Origin: the human T2T-CHM13v2.0 reference genome, Homo sapiens
Length of the DNA: 64,000 bases
Direction: 5' to 3' (one strand)
NCBI RefSeq assembly: GCF_009914755.1
Contig: NC_060946.1
Shown here: one piece after another, positions 34,421-52,040 of the stretch
Numbering within the stretch: position 1 is the stretch's first letter
Layout of the letters: every line of letters starts with the position of its first letter
Notes under the pieces: generated by a model
Seen by the model: the letters and a program-made list of their open reading frames with translations, nothing else
What the model was told of the DNA's origin: nothing
The model's database searches: none
Program-made: the position numbers and the translations under genes

Positions 34421-35717
34421 TTGAGTGTTTCATACCTATATTTTTAGACATAAAATGTGTAACCTACAGTATTTTCTTGATTTGTTAGTTTTATTTGTTG
34501 TAAGTTTTTATTTCAGAATTAAATGTGTGTATCAACATTTGTTATGTTCTCATAAACTTTGTAATACATGGAGATTACTGGTCCATATATGTAAGTCTCT
34601 ACATGAATATTATTTTGAAGCATTTAACCTTCTATTTTAATATTTCAAAGGTCTAAATGAAATTGAGATTTTGGTTTCTGAGATGAAATCATGGAAGATG
34701 ACTGAGAAATGCTTAAAAATTAGCCAAAACTTAAAATTAAGTTAAAGTTTACCTTCAAGATTCAACCTGAATAAGTCGCCCTGTATTGCTGGTAATAAAG
34801 AATAAGTCTTTAATGATATAAAAGGAAACTTCAGAGAATGTTTTTTTTCCCCAGTTGACATATAAATTAAAAGATATAAAAAATTTTTATGGCCTTATGC
34901 ATTTTTTACTTTAGAATTCCAACTTTTTCTGGTTAACATTTTTCCAAACAGATTCCTGTGTATTTGAAAGACAAATAATTTTTTAATTGAACTGCTTAAG
35001 CAGTTAAATAAGGCCATGAAAGTTTCTTGAACTTGTGGGAATCCATGAGAAAATCTGACATTATGTTCTATTCTCTTGGAAGGTAGAAATATCGTTTGAC
35101 TTCTGTTTTGCAGACAAGAAATGTCCTGAGCAAGGCTACCTGGGACAATGACCTCACATATGGAAAACGTTGGAGCCCATCTGTTTCCAATCTGCTGTTT
35201 TCCAAAAATTAGTGAAGTTCAGTTTTCCCTTTGATACTCTCTGTTACTACCAATCCCAATGCCAGGGCTGTCCTGCTTCTACAAGTGACAATGACAAATA
35301 TAGGCCTGAAGAAAGATGAGCTGATGGGATTCCCAGCTTATTACCTCTCCTTGGTGGCCTTATCTCACATACATGGATTCAACTCATAGACTCAGCTGGG
35401 TGAGGATCTATTATTCAGCTACATTAGAAGTGACTGCTTAAGACTCAGGTGTGTGGTGAAATGAGGCAGAATTTTCTCTATGGAATGTTGGCAGAATTTT
35501 CTCCTCATAATTACCATCTTACTATCACTAAATCATAACTAAAATGAGGAAATTATTCAAGAAGAAATAGAAATGTAATCATATGAGGACATAAATTTAG
35601 AGATTTGTGGAGAGCTCTTCATAATTTTATGGCGTTCTCTTTGAGCTGGGATTATAGTTGACATTTCATTATAATATATTAGCTGTTCTAGACTTTATGC
35701 ATTTATGTAAAGTTTTC

Positions 35718-38390
<2,673 letters not shown>

Positions 38391-39505
38391 ATCTAGAGTA
38401 TGATTTCTTAATACATGAGATGTTTTAATTATGTAACAATAATGATATTTATCACAAATATATTTTGTCTCAATGTGATATACAAATTGCTAATAAATCA
38501 ATTCTTTTTTGGTTACCACAAAGCTATCTGGAAATGTAAAGTCTGCCATTTATAAAATTTTTGTAGAGTTAATAGAACTTTACTTGAAGAGAGGCTGGCA
38601 ATAGGCATCATGACTTCAAGCACTGCCAGTGAAGTTGTGGAGTTTGAAGTGGTACTCACATCTTCTTACTGGGATTATAAATTAGTAAAAACTATATCAA
38701 TTGTAATTAAACAATATATACCAAAATTATAAATGGAAATATTCTCTGATTCAGCAATTTCATTTCCAGAAATTTACCCTACAGACATACTCATGATGCC
38801 TGGAATTATGTATGAATGGGAGAAAGTATTATATCACCTTTTTAATTAACAAAAGTCTAGAAATCACCTTAATGTTTATCAATCACATTAATGATTAACA
38901 CCTTACTGTTTATTGAAATTATGGTTATTCATATGATAGACTACTATGCAGCTATTTAAAGAAATAAATTTTAAAAGGATGCTCAAAAATGATGTCTAAG
39001 ATATGTTACAAAGGAAAAAACCTGGGTGGAGAGCCGTGTCTGATATGCCTCCATTCCTATGAAATCAGAGTGTATATAAATGCATAGAGTATCTCCATTA
39101 ACTGGTAACTGTTACAAAATTCAAAGTTAATGCAGGCAAGCCCTTTCTTTTTTAATGCTAAAACTCCAAGGACCTGCACAATATTTGAGGATTTCCAACA
39201 CAGGCCAATCTACCTTTGAACTTACAGATTTTAGGAAATGAAGCTCTTGAAAAATCAAGCATTAATATTCCTAGCTACAGTTGTTTGGAACATAATTAGA
39301 ATGATCCATTCTTTGCAAGTCTGTAAAATTTGCTCATACAACCATCTGGGCCTAGTCCCTCCTTTGTGAAAGATTTTATTTTACTAGAGATTTTATGTTC
39401 TTCATGTTATAGTACTTCTTAGTTTTCTATTTCTTCTTGATTCTTGAGTCAATTTTGGTACCACTTAGTACCCCACAGGGTGCTTGGGCTCAGAACACAT
39501 CAGTC

Positions 39506-39875
39506 AAAGGAAGAGAGAAGAAAGGAAGTTAGGAAGGAGGGAGGAAGAAAGGAAGGATGGAAGGGGACAAAGAAGGAAAGAGAGATGGAAGGAAAGAATG
39601 AGAGAAAGAAAGATGGAGGGAGAGAAAGATGGAGGGAGAGAAAGTTGGAGAGAGAGAAAGAAAGAAGGAAATGAGAGAAAGAAGGAAGGAAGGAGGGAGA
39701 GAAAGAGGGAAAGAGAAAGAAGGAAAGAAACAAGGAAGCAGGGAGGGAGAGAAAGAAGAAGGTAGAGGAAGGAAGGAAGAAAGGAAGGAAAGAGGGAGGG
39801 AAGGAAGGGAGAGAGAGGGAGGCAGGGAAAGAAAGAAAGAGAGAAAGGTGAAAGGTGGGGATGGGAAGAGAAGAG
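39506..39875. repeat. GA-rich polypurine low-complexity tract
   Basis: About 370 bp of GGAA/GAGA/GGGA mixtures. Confidence 0.95.
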
Positions 39876-40107
39876 GAGCCAGCCACAGGCTACAGGCTGT
39901 TTGTTCACTCTTTTAGTTGACCCAGGCAGTTCTGCCTTTTAAATATTCCACCTTCTGCCATGAGTTACACTGTTCAATATTCATTCCTCAGAGCATTCAA
40001 AGGTCTATGTGTGCCCTGCCATGATGGAGCATGGCTTCAGTTCCCAAACACAACTCTCAGCCAAAATATTCATGACTGGTCCCTCCCATATACTTATCAA
40101 TCCCCCA

Positions 40108-40520
40108 TGTATGGTCTTCATGTGTCCCCCCGAGCTCAAGTGTTGGAAACTTAATCCTCTATGTGACAGTGTTGAGAGGTGGGGCCTAATAAGAGTGATT
40201 GGGTTATGAGACTCTGCCCCCATGGGTGGATTAATGTCACTATCTCAGGAATAGGTTAGTTATCTGGGGAGTGGGTTAGTTATCTTGGGAGCGCACTTGT
40301 ATTAAAAGCAAGTTCAGCCCCTTTTGCTCTCTTTCTTTCTGAAAGTCTTGCTCTGCTGCCTTCAGCCATGAGATGACACAGCAAGAAGGCCCTCACCAGA
40401 TGCAGAGCCCCTCATCCTTGGACTTCCTAGCCTCCAGAACTCTAAGAAATAAATTTCTTTTCTTTATAGATTCCCTAGTCTATGGTATTCTGTTATAGCA
40501 GCACAAAATGGGTTAAGATG
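40108..40520 (+). mobile_element. MSTC/D-type solo LTR
   Basis: TATGGTC..GTGTCCCCC..TGTTGGAAACTTAATCC...GTTATAGCAGCACAAAATGGGTTAAGA; CCCCA flanks both ends. Confidence 0.8.
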
Positions 40521-40796
40521 CCCCATTACATGGAGAGTGCTGATCCACAGGGTTGAGGTCACTGACTTAGGGCTTGGAGTCTTATACAACATACCTACGG
40601 GAGTTGGCCTCCATATTCCCTAACTTCCAGGATCTCAAATGGTGATCTCAGACCAAAATATAACCCAGATATTTTGCATTTGGCAATATTGCCCACTTTT
40701 ATACAACTTTATCATGGCAGCTTTGATGTGTTCACTTCTACGATCCCTGAAAGGATATGAGTTCAAGATCCTGCAAGGTTATGATCCAAGGATAGA

Positions 40797-40965
40797 AGAG
40801 CCTAGACAAGAGTTCCATCACCTGGGTGATCAGTGCAGAGCTATGTCACAAAGTCTCCGTAGGCAAAGCCTAGACAAGAGTTACATCACCTGGGTAATCA
40901 GTGCAGAGATATGTTACAAAGCCCCTGTAGGCAGAGCCGAGACAAGAGTTACATCACCTGGGTGA
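40797..40965. repeat. Beta satellite (68-bp Sau3A / BSR), about 2.5 units
   Basis: CC(T/G)AGACAAGAGTT(A/C)CATCACCTGGGT at 40801, 40869 and 40937, an exact 68-bp period; GATCAGTGCAGAG motif. Confidence 0.92.
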
Positions 40966-41004
40966 CAGGTAAACAACAATGACAACTTATTTTCATCCCC
41001 ACTT

Positions 41005-41170
41005 CAGTCTTTGAGGTTAGACAGACCTGGATCCAAATCCAAGCTCCACCCCTCACTGTGTGAGCTTGCTCAAGCTGCTAACATCTCTGAGACTTGACTC
41101 TTCATTCATGAAATGAGGATAAAGGCCCTTCTCTCAGGGGCTGTGCCAAGGATGAAATGAGTCATGCATT
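41005..41170 (+). mobile_element. MIR SINE
   Basis: AGACAGACCTGGATCCAAATCC..CTCCACC..TGTGAGCTTG..AACATCTCTGAG..TGAAATGAGGATAA. Confidence 0.75.
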
Positions 41171-41238
41171 GGTCAGGACAGGTGACGCTGTATAACAAAC
41201 AAGCCCCCAAACCTCAGTGGCTTCAACAGCAAAGTTGA

Positions 41239-41563
<325 letters not shown>

Positions 41564-41789
41564 TTTACTTCTGAATTGATTTCGCATCCATCACGGGCCA
41601 ACAAGGGGGCTCTGGTGGTCGTAGTCATTCAGAGACTCAAACAGATAGACCCTTATCCCAGAAGATGCTCCCACAGTTCCAGAAACAGAGCAAAGAAAAC
41701 ATAATCAGCCATGAGCCACTTCTTAAATCCCCTGCACAGAAGGGATGCACGTTTCTTCTGTCACAGCTGTTGCCCAAAATGTCTCAGGC

Positions 41790-42095
<306 letters not shown>

Positions 42096-42710
42096 TCAGG
42101 CTATGACTGAACTAGGAGGGTAGAAAGAATAGTCATTTTGGTTGCCACAATCAATCGAAACAAAGATGCAAATCATTGATGTAAAATTACAGTTAGTTCC
42201 TCCCCACTCCTTTTCAGCTTCTCTTAGTTGCTATGAGCCAACGTTTCCAGTGTCAGTTTTCAGTCTGTTGCCTCCCAGCTCCTAGTGCACCTTTCAATAC
42301 GTGCACTGTGATAAACGGGGAAACACTGTTCAATATGCCTTCTGGGAGTGAACATTCTGCAGGCATCTATGTAGAGGATGGAGAGACTGCAAGGGGCAGG
42401 AGCTCTCTGGCTGGGCCTTGATCATGTTCAAGCCCCAACCACAGACCTAGGCTTGGTCCCTCAGCCACCTTGTAGCCTTGGCTTGCAACATCTCGACATG
42501 GAAACCAAAATGCAGCAGAGCCCATGTGATCTGAAAGTTCCTGAAAATTTTCCCAGACCCCATCTTGTACCCCTTGGGCAACCTGCACACAGTGATCTGT
42601 ATTCTAGAGGGTCCGCACAGAGCTGCCATTCCTTCTGCCAGACCCTGCGGGACTCAGGCATTCTGGAGGCTTCCTGCCCTACAAAGGCAGCCAGGCTCCC
42701 GCCATGCATC

Positions 42711-42925
42711 CCTGCACCAGCGGCTCACGGCTAGCTCCCTCATCTGCATTCCAGTGGCTCATGGCCAGCTCCCTCACCTGCACCAGCGGCTCTCGGCCGG
42801 CTCCCTCCCCTGCACACCAGCGGCTCACGGCCGGCTCCCCTCCTTGCACACCAGCGGCTCACGGCCTGCTCCTTCCCCTGCATTCCAGCGGTTCACGGCC
42901 AGCTCCCTCACCTGCACTCCAGTGG
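42711..42925. repeat. GC-rich minisatellite, ~32-35 bp unit, about 6 copies
   Basis: Units of CCTGCA(CA/TT)CCAGCGGCTCACGGCC(A/G)GCTCCCTC(A/C). Confidence 0.88.
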
Positions 42926-44074
42926 GTGGCCTAGTGCTTGTGCAGAAGCTGCTGACTAGCTCCAGCCTGCCCAAATCCACGAGCATCTCTTATGTGGTGG
43001 CTGAACCACATTTTATGACATCTGAACACCTTTCAAATCTGTGCTTCCTTGGGTACCTCCCTCTGCACTAGGGCACCAGGCAGGGTTGCTTTATGTCTTA
43101 CAGTGACTCTTTTATCACAGTTGCAATCCTTTATACTACACTTCCCCGTTAGACCCACTATGTGGTTTCTATCTCTTGATGGGACCCAGGCTGCTACACA
43201 ACCTAACCCATGAACATTGCACTTCATTAGTTCCTCACCATTGGCCCAAGATCATGCTCCACCACCCCTCTCTGCACCCTGACTTTCTTTCCTTAAGTGA
43301 AACCCCTAAATGCCCTCTTTGTGCCCAAAGCTTACCTGCTCTTCCTTCCCTATATTCTTGGCCAGACACAAAAATCTGATGCTCTGGCAAATGCAGAAAT
43401 GGGGAGAATGCAGGGGAATCATTTCTCCTCCCTTAGGTAAGCACTGACGGTTATGTCATTCCATTGTGTGAGGAATAAAAAAATGAGGCATAGAGAGCTG
43501 CCATGATTTGCCTGGACCAATGAAGCTGTCATGACAGAAGTGGAACAAAGGTTTAGGAGTCCCAAATGTCAGTCCAGCTCCTATGCCTTCAGAACGTGCT
43601 GTGGAGGGAGACGCCGGGGGACTCCACTCATGCTGAGCACTCAGGGGTACCCAAGTGCTGAGACTGGGGACGTGACAGGCTGAGTTGACTGAGCCAAGTC
43701 CTCCTACACCAAATAAGGATGGAAACCCTCACATAATAGAAGTGAAGAGAGGGAACGAAGCCAGGAATTATTAAGAGGCTGATGCCTGGAAGGCCTGGGC
43801 AGAATGACAGTGAGATTGGCACAGAACAGAGGCCCTAGATGGGGACAAGGGGAAGGAAGTGGCCTTGGTGGCCAGATGGCACCGGTCCACTGCACAGAGG
43901 CTGGAGCCTTGAGTTCCATCTAGTCCTTGTCAACCACAATCATTCTGCCCTATGGCTCAACAAGTACTGGAGAAAATGTATTTTCTGCAGGCTGGGGAGG
44001 TGAGAATAAAACAATTCAGCCTTAAGAAGTTGAAAGCCCAGGAAATCATAGCACGTGGAGATGGGATTCATACT

Positions 44075-44417
44075 TAAACTTCCTGCCCTTGACTTCTGGT
44101 TTGGCCATGTGACTTACTTTGGCCAATGGATGTGGTAAAGTGGTAGTCTGCACATTCTGAGCCTGGGTGGTAAGATAAGAGACCTTCACATTTCCCTTTG
44201 TTCTTTGCACTCCTGCCATTGCCATGAGAAGAAGGCACCCTGGCAGGCCCCAACCCGAGGAGGATCAGAGACACTTGGAGCAGATCCAGCTCAGCCACCA
44301 CAGTTCGAGCTGAAACCTCCCAAGCAACCCATGCTCATGAGTGAGAAATGGTGGCCTATGGTCTTAGGCCTCTGAGGTGTGGGGTTACTTGTTACAGAGC
44401 AAGAGTTAACTAATAGA
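44075..44417 (+). mobile_element. MLT1 (G/H-like) LTR
   Basis: TTGGCCATGTGACTTACTTTGGCCAATGG...TTGTTACAGAGC..TAACTAATA. Confidence 0.7.
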
Positions 44418-44669
44418 GATTTCTACCTCACATCCCTATGAATCAAAGAACAAAGGAAATAAAACAAAATATGAAAAGCAGATTTCCAATTTTTAGAAGA
44501 AAACAGAGGACAGATTTTATGACACTAAACAGAGAAAAACGTTTTTTTAATATGACACAAAACACAGACATCATAAAAGAAATTACTGATAAATTCAATC
44601 GTATTAAGTGTAGTAGCTTTGATCTGACAAAAGAGGCCATGAATAAAGTTAAAAGACAAAGACAGTGCA

Positions 44670-45024
44670 TGATATGGTTTGGCTGCATGTCCCCACCCAA
44701 ATCTCATCTTGAATTGTCCTCCCATAATTCTCCTGTGTTGTGGGAGGGATCTGGTGGGAGATAATTGGAATCATGGGAGTGGTTCCCTCATACTATTCTC
44801 CTGGTAGTGAATAAATCTCACGAGATCTGACGGTTTTATCAGGGGGTTCCACTTTTGCATCATCCTCTTTTTTCTCTGGCCACTGCCATGTAAGAAGTGC
44901 CTTTCACCTCCCACCATGATTCTGAGGCCTCTTCAGTCATGTGGAACTGAAAGTCCAATTAAACCTCTTTTTCTTCCCAGTCTGGGGTATGTCTTTATTG
45001 GCAATGTGAAAATGGACTAATACA
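44670..45024 (+). mobile_element. THE1A/B solo LTR
   Basis: TGATATGGTTTGGCTG...AATGGACTAATACA; TSD GTGCA on both sides. Confidence 0.92.
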
Positions 45025-45102
45025 GTGCACCAATAGGGAAAACATATTTGTAAGATATTTGGCCAAAAAAGCATTGATATCCAGATCATTAAAATCAAAA
45101 TT

Positions 45103-45392
<290 letters not shown>

Positions 45393-47329
45393 TAGCATTT
45401 ACAAGTCAGCAAGGAGTAACCAAAGACCCAACAGACATATGGGCCAGGAGCAATTCACAGAGGAGGAGACCCGAAGGGCTGGGAAACACAAGGCATGCAT
45501 TCAGCTGCACAGCAAAATCCAGGAACAATATCAGAAAGTGCGATAACAAATATTGATGAAGATGAGTGAAGACGGATGTGCGCACTGCTGGCGAGGGGCA
45601 TTGTGAGGTCTCCAGCCCCAAGGTCATCTGGCTGTGCTTCCTAGGAAGAAAGGGCTGACAACAGACCTGTCCCAGGACTCCAAGCCTCACCAGGCTACGT
45701 GCAGGTCTTGGACCAGAACATCAGCATCACTTTGGGGTGGGGATTGCAGGGGGTTGGCGCATCCTCTGCTCACCAGAAATGCAGAATTCTAGATTCATCT
45801 GGAAGATATTGTTGAAGGGAAAAGCAACTTTCAGGAGAGTATGTATGGACTGCTATTTGTATAAAATTGCAAAAACAGACCAAAGAACACTATCCATTCT
45901 TCATGGACATGCACACTAGGTATTAAACATGGATGGGAAGACACACATTGACTTCAGAATAGTGGGGAGGGAGGCGGTAACTGGACTAGAAAAGGGACAT
46001 ATAACTCGAGGGTCAGCATGAACATTATGGTTGAATCCGTAGTTTTCTTCCCTTAAACTCTGGAGCAAATGCATCCAAAAGCTACCACGTTTGAATTTTA
46101 ACTGGGAGGTACATGAAAGTTTGATATCATTATCCTCTACATAGTCCTGTGTGTTTGTAATATTGAGGCATATTTTTTAAATACTTGACACAGCATGAAA
46201 GGAAGCTTGCCTACATGGTAACAATGGTTATCTTTAGGTAGCAGAATTCAAGACTGCTTCTTTTTCTTTTTTTCCTACTTGTATATTATCTCTATTTCCC
46301 TGTGTGAGGATTTATGACTGTTGTGATGAGAAGGCTAGTATTCTAACTCCCTGCATCATAAGCACACACCGTGTCCTGGCTGGAACGATGGGGAGGAGGG
46401 AGCGTGTCTGTTCACCTGGCCAGCCCTAGGCAACTCTGCAGAGAAAGATACAGGCACTTCCCCTCTGCAGCCAAAGAGTTAAGAAGGCTTGAAGTGAAAT
46501 AAATCATTCCAGGGGAGCTAAATCTCAGCCTTATCTAATTGTGGATCCTGAGGCTGATTAATTTAAACTCAAAAATAAAATAAACATCAACCTTAAATAG
46601 GGATTAAATACTCAGCGGGGTCCTTAGTTGAACAAACTGACATACATTTTATGGTATGGATTCAAGGGGCCTGGGGTGGGGCGAGGGGTATCTGTGGGGA
46701 TGCTCGCTGAGCTAAGGAGAGAAAATCGCCAGAGCTCCTGGATTCCAGAGTACATTCACCTTTAGCTTCTTCTCTGGATACCCACAGAAAACCAAAAATC
46801 CACCCTGTGGCAGGATCTTCACACAGGAGGTGGGCTTGTGCTCTGTGTCCCTGAGGGAGAAGGGATTAGTGGAGGGAGTGGGTGAAGAGTTTGGAGGAAG
46901 CCCCTGATGTTCTTAGAAAACAGTAGGAAAGAGATTGCCTTGCCTGGGCATTGTTCCCAAATAGGAGACAAGAGCATGAACTAAAAACAGAGACTCTCAG
47001 CTCCCTCCATGGTTCCTGAGTTCAGAAGGGAACCCAGGGAAGTGGGGCAAGTAAAAAATTGAGTGGGCTATCTGACATGTGCCTGGAGGGACCCACGAAC
47101 CTGAATCAGGCATGAGAGTGGGCAGCTGGTGGATTCTTCCAGGCCTGCAGCACAAAGCCAGGCGGATGTCCCAAGAACAAGCCATGTCTGCAGAGGCCTC
47201 TACTGCATCCCTGACTCATGGGCACAATGTCACAGAACAGAATTACATCATTTGGGAGACCATGTGCAGTGTGAGTGTCATAATGGAGCTGGACCCAGAA
47301 GGTCCCAGACCCAGGTGCAGCTATGTCTC

Positions 47330-47690
47330 TGCTATAGTCAATGTTTGTGTGCCCCTAAAATCCGTGTGTTGAAACCTAACCCCTGATAAGTTAGGTTTGA
47401 ATTAGGAGGCAAAGACTTTAGGAAATGATTTCATCATGAAAGCAAAGACCCCATGAATGGGATAAGTGGCCTTGTAAAAGGGAGCCAAGGGAGCTTGTTC
47501 TCCTTCCACCATGTGAGGACACAGCTAGGAGGTGCCCTCTATAAGGAACAGGCCCTCAACAGACACCCAATCTGCCACTACCTCGACCTTCCACTTGACA
47601 GCATCCAGACCTATGAGACATAAATTTCTGCTGCTTATAAGCCCCCTAGGCTAAGGTATTTTGTTACGGCAGCCCAAATGGAATGAGACA
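47330..47690 (+). mobile_element. MLT1A-type LTR
   Basis: TGCTATAG..AATGTTTGTGTGCCCC..GTTGAAACCTAACCCC...TTTGTTACGGCAGCCCAAATGGAATGAGACA. Confidence 0.8.
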
Positions 47691-49106
47691 GCCTCTGACC
47701 ATCTTGAGCAACTCACTTATCTGCTGAACTCTCCACAGATTTAACTGTGATGAAATCCCTTCAACAGATGTATATTGAACATCTACTGTGTATAAGGACA
47801 CACTGTGTTATTGGATAGGGTAGAAAGCAAGTCACAGTTCCCCAGGGGTAGGCACTGCCATAGCTGAACAGCAAACCCAAGTTGCTGTTGCCAATGGGGG
47901 AAGGGGTGGGTGTCAGAGAAGAACAGAACATGCTAGAGTCCATGTCTGCAGCAATATTGGAACGTCTAATGGATGGTTCCCAAAGTGGTGACTTCTCATC
48001 TTCTTACAAAAACTCATAGTTGTCCCTGTGTAAAGTCTTCCCAGCAGTGCAGGGCAGCAGAGAATATGCAGATCAGAAAAGACAAGAGGACAGAGAAAGC
48101 ATTCTTGGCATCAGCAGCCACGGACTTCTTGAAGGAAGGGAAGCATTTCTCCTGGATCCCTGGGTAGCAGATAGACGTACAGAAATACATTTGTTTGCTA
48201 TTTGATTCATGGGCTTTGAACATTTGTAGACCGGGAGGCTGAGAATCTTCTCCAGCCAGATGGTGTGGGGCGTGGAAGTACGGACAAGGATTAAAGTAGG
48301 AGGAAAACAAAGCAATGAGAAGTGAGCTCTCAGCATGACCAACACAGAGACCTGGGTCTCCGCTACCAACGATAAGAGCTAATATATAATGATTGCAGGT
48401 CTGCAAACAGCAGGCTTTCCATATCACATGTGGCAAGCTCTGATGACAACCCTGTGTGACAGGTATTGTTGTCGGAGGCAGAGGGTTGCTACATAATCAC
48501 AAGCAACTGGTGGAATGCCAGAGAGTTTGGTTTTAATTGGTCTACTTCCTGTTTGCTTTCTATTTGTCCCATCTGTAGTTCGTTCTCCTTTTCCTCTTTC
48601 TCTGACTTCTTTTGAATTTGTTGAGTATTTTTATTTCATTTAATCTTCTTTGTTGGCCTTTTACATATAACTATTTTTGCTTGGTTTGGTTTTGAGTTTT
48701 AATCATTGCTCTATGGTTTATGGTATATCATATGGTTTGGATCTGTGTCCCTACCCAAATCTCACGTGGAAACATAATCCCCAATGCCAAACGTGGGACC
48801 TGGAGGGAGGTGATTGGATCATGGAGCCAGTTTCTCATGGTTTAACACCATCCCCGCTTGGTACTATATAGCGAGTGAGTTCTCACAAGATCTGGTTGTT
48901 TAATAGTTTGTGGCACCTCCCCCTCACTCTCTTCCTCCTGCTCCAGTCACATAAGATATGCTTGCTTCCCCTTTGCCTTCCGTCATGATTGTAAGCTCCC
49001 TGAGGCCTCCCCAGAAGCCAAGCAGATGACAGAATCACGCTTCCTGTACAGCCTGCAGAACTGTGAGCCAATTAAATCTCTTTTCTTCATAAATTACCCA
49101 GTCTCA

Positions 49107-49417
49107 TTTTCTTTTTTTGAGACGTAGTCTCACTCTGTCGCCCAGGCTGCAGTGCAGTGGTGCGATCTCGGCTCACTGCAACCCCGCCTCCCTGGTTCAA
49201 GTGATTCTGAACCTCCCAAGTAGCCTCAGCCTCCCAAGTAGCTTAGCTGGGACTACAGGCATATGCCACCAAACCCACATATTTTTTTTTTTGTATTTTT
49301 AGTAGAGACATGGTTTCATCATGTTGGCCAGGACAGTCTCAATCTCTTGAACTCGTAATCCACCCACCCCAGCCTCCCAAAGTGCTGGGATTACAGGCGT
49401 GAGCCACCATGCCCAGC
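49107..49417 (-). mobile_element. AluS
   Basis: Dimer; TSD CCCAGTCTCA at 49097-49106 and 49418-49427. Confidence 0.9.
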
Positions 49418-49438
49418 CCCAGTCTCAGACATTTCTTT

Positions 49439-50320
49439 TTCTTTGAATTTATTTATTATTATTTTTTAAATTATTACTATTATACCTTAAGTTTTAGGGT
49501 ACATGTGCACAACGTGTAGGTTTGTTACATATGTATACATGTGTCATGTTGGTGTGCTGCACCCATTAACTCATCATTTAGCATTAGGTATATCTCCCAA
49601 TGCTATCCCTCCCCCCTCCCCCCACCCCACCACAGTCCCCAGAGTGTGATATTCCCCTTCCTGTGTCCATGTGATCTCATTGTTCAATTCCCACCTATGA
49701 GTGAGAATATGCGGTGTTTGGTTTTTTGTTCTTGCGATAGTTTACTGAGAATGATGATTTCCAATTTCATCCATGTCCCTACAAAGGACATGAACTCATC
49801 ATTTTTTATGGCTGCATAGTATTCCATGGTGTATATGTGCCACATTTTCTTAATCCAGTCTATCATTGTTGGACATTTGGGTTGGTTCCAAGTCTTTGCT
49901 ACTGTGAATAGTGCCGCAATAAACTTATGTGTACATGTGTCTTTATAGCAGCATGATTTATAATCCTTTGGGTATATACCCAGTAATGGGATGGCTAGGT
50001 AAAATGATATTTCTAGTTCCAGATACCTGAGGGATCACCACACCGACTTCCACAATGGTTGAACTAGTTTACAGTCCCACCAACAGTGTAAAAGTGGTCC
50101 TATTTCTCCACATCCTCTCCAGCACCTGTTGTTTCCTGACTTTTTAATGATCGCCATTCTAACTGGTGTGAGATGGTGTCTCATTGTGGTTTTGATTTGG
50201 ATTTCTCTGATGGCCAGTGATTATATTGTGGTTTTGATTTGCATTTCTCTGATGGCCAGTGATGATGAGCATTTTTTCATTTGTTTTTTGGTTGCATAAA
50301 TGTCTTCTTTTGAGAAGTGT
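49439..50320 (-). mobile_element. 5'-truncated L1PA (~0.9 kb), mosaic of older and younger subfamily characters
   Basis: 3'UTR and ORF2 C-terminus; TSD CAGACATTTCTTT at 49426-49438 and 50321-50333. Confidence 0.92.
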
Positions 50321-50512
50321 CAGACATTTCTTTATAGCAGTGCAAGAACAGAATAATACAGTATATATATTTAACTTAGCATTGGCTGCCATCAACATTA
50401 TACCACTTCACAGAAACAGGATCTGAGGCTCAAGTGATCATCCTGCCGTGGCCTTCCAAAGTGCTGGGATAACAGGCATGTGCCACCACACCTGGACTTG
50501 TGTTGTTTCTAA

Positions 50513-52040
<1,528 letters not shown>

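Larger units (their letters stand above)
48728..50360 (+). mobile_element. MSTA/B solo LTR interrupted by an Alu and an L1
   Basis: TCATATGGTTTGGATCTGTGTCCC...AGAATAATACA; TSD GTATA. Confidence 0.85.

Noticed and set aside
39444-39916. Several overlapping R/E/K-rich and S/F/L/P-rich ORFs
   Set aside because: Artefacts of a stop-poor GA-rich tract.
42378-43071. 118-168 aa ORFs with repeated peptides
   Set aside because: Produced by the GC-rich minisatellite and its flanks; no recognisable protein family.
47950-48440. Cluster of short ORFs in non-repeat sequence, considered as FRG2-like exons
   Set aside because: The translations match no protein I recognise and no convincing exon structure is visible.
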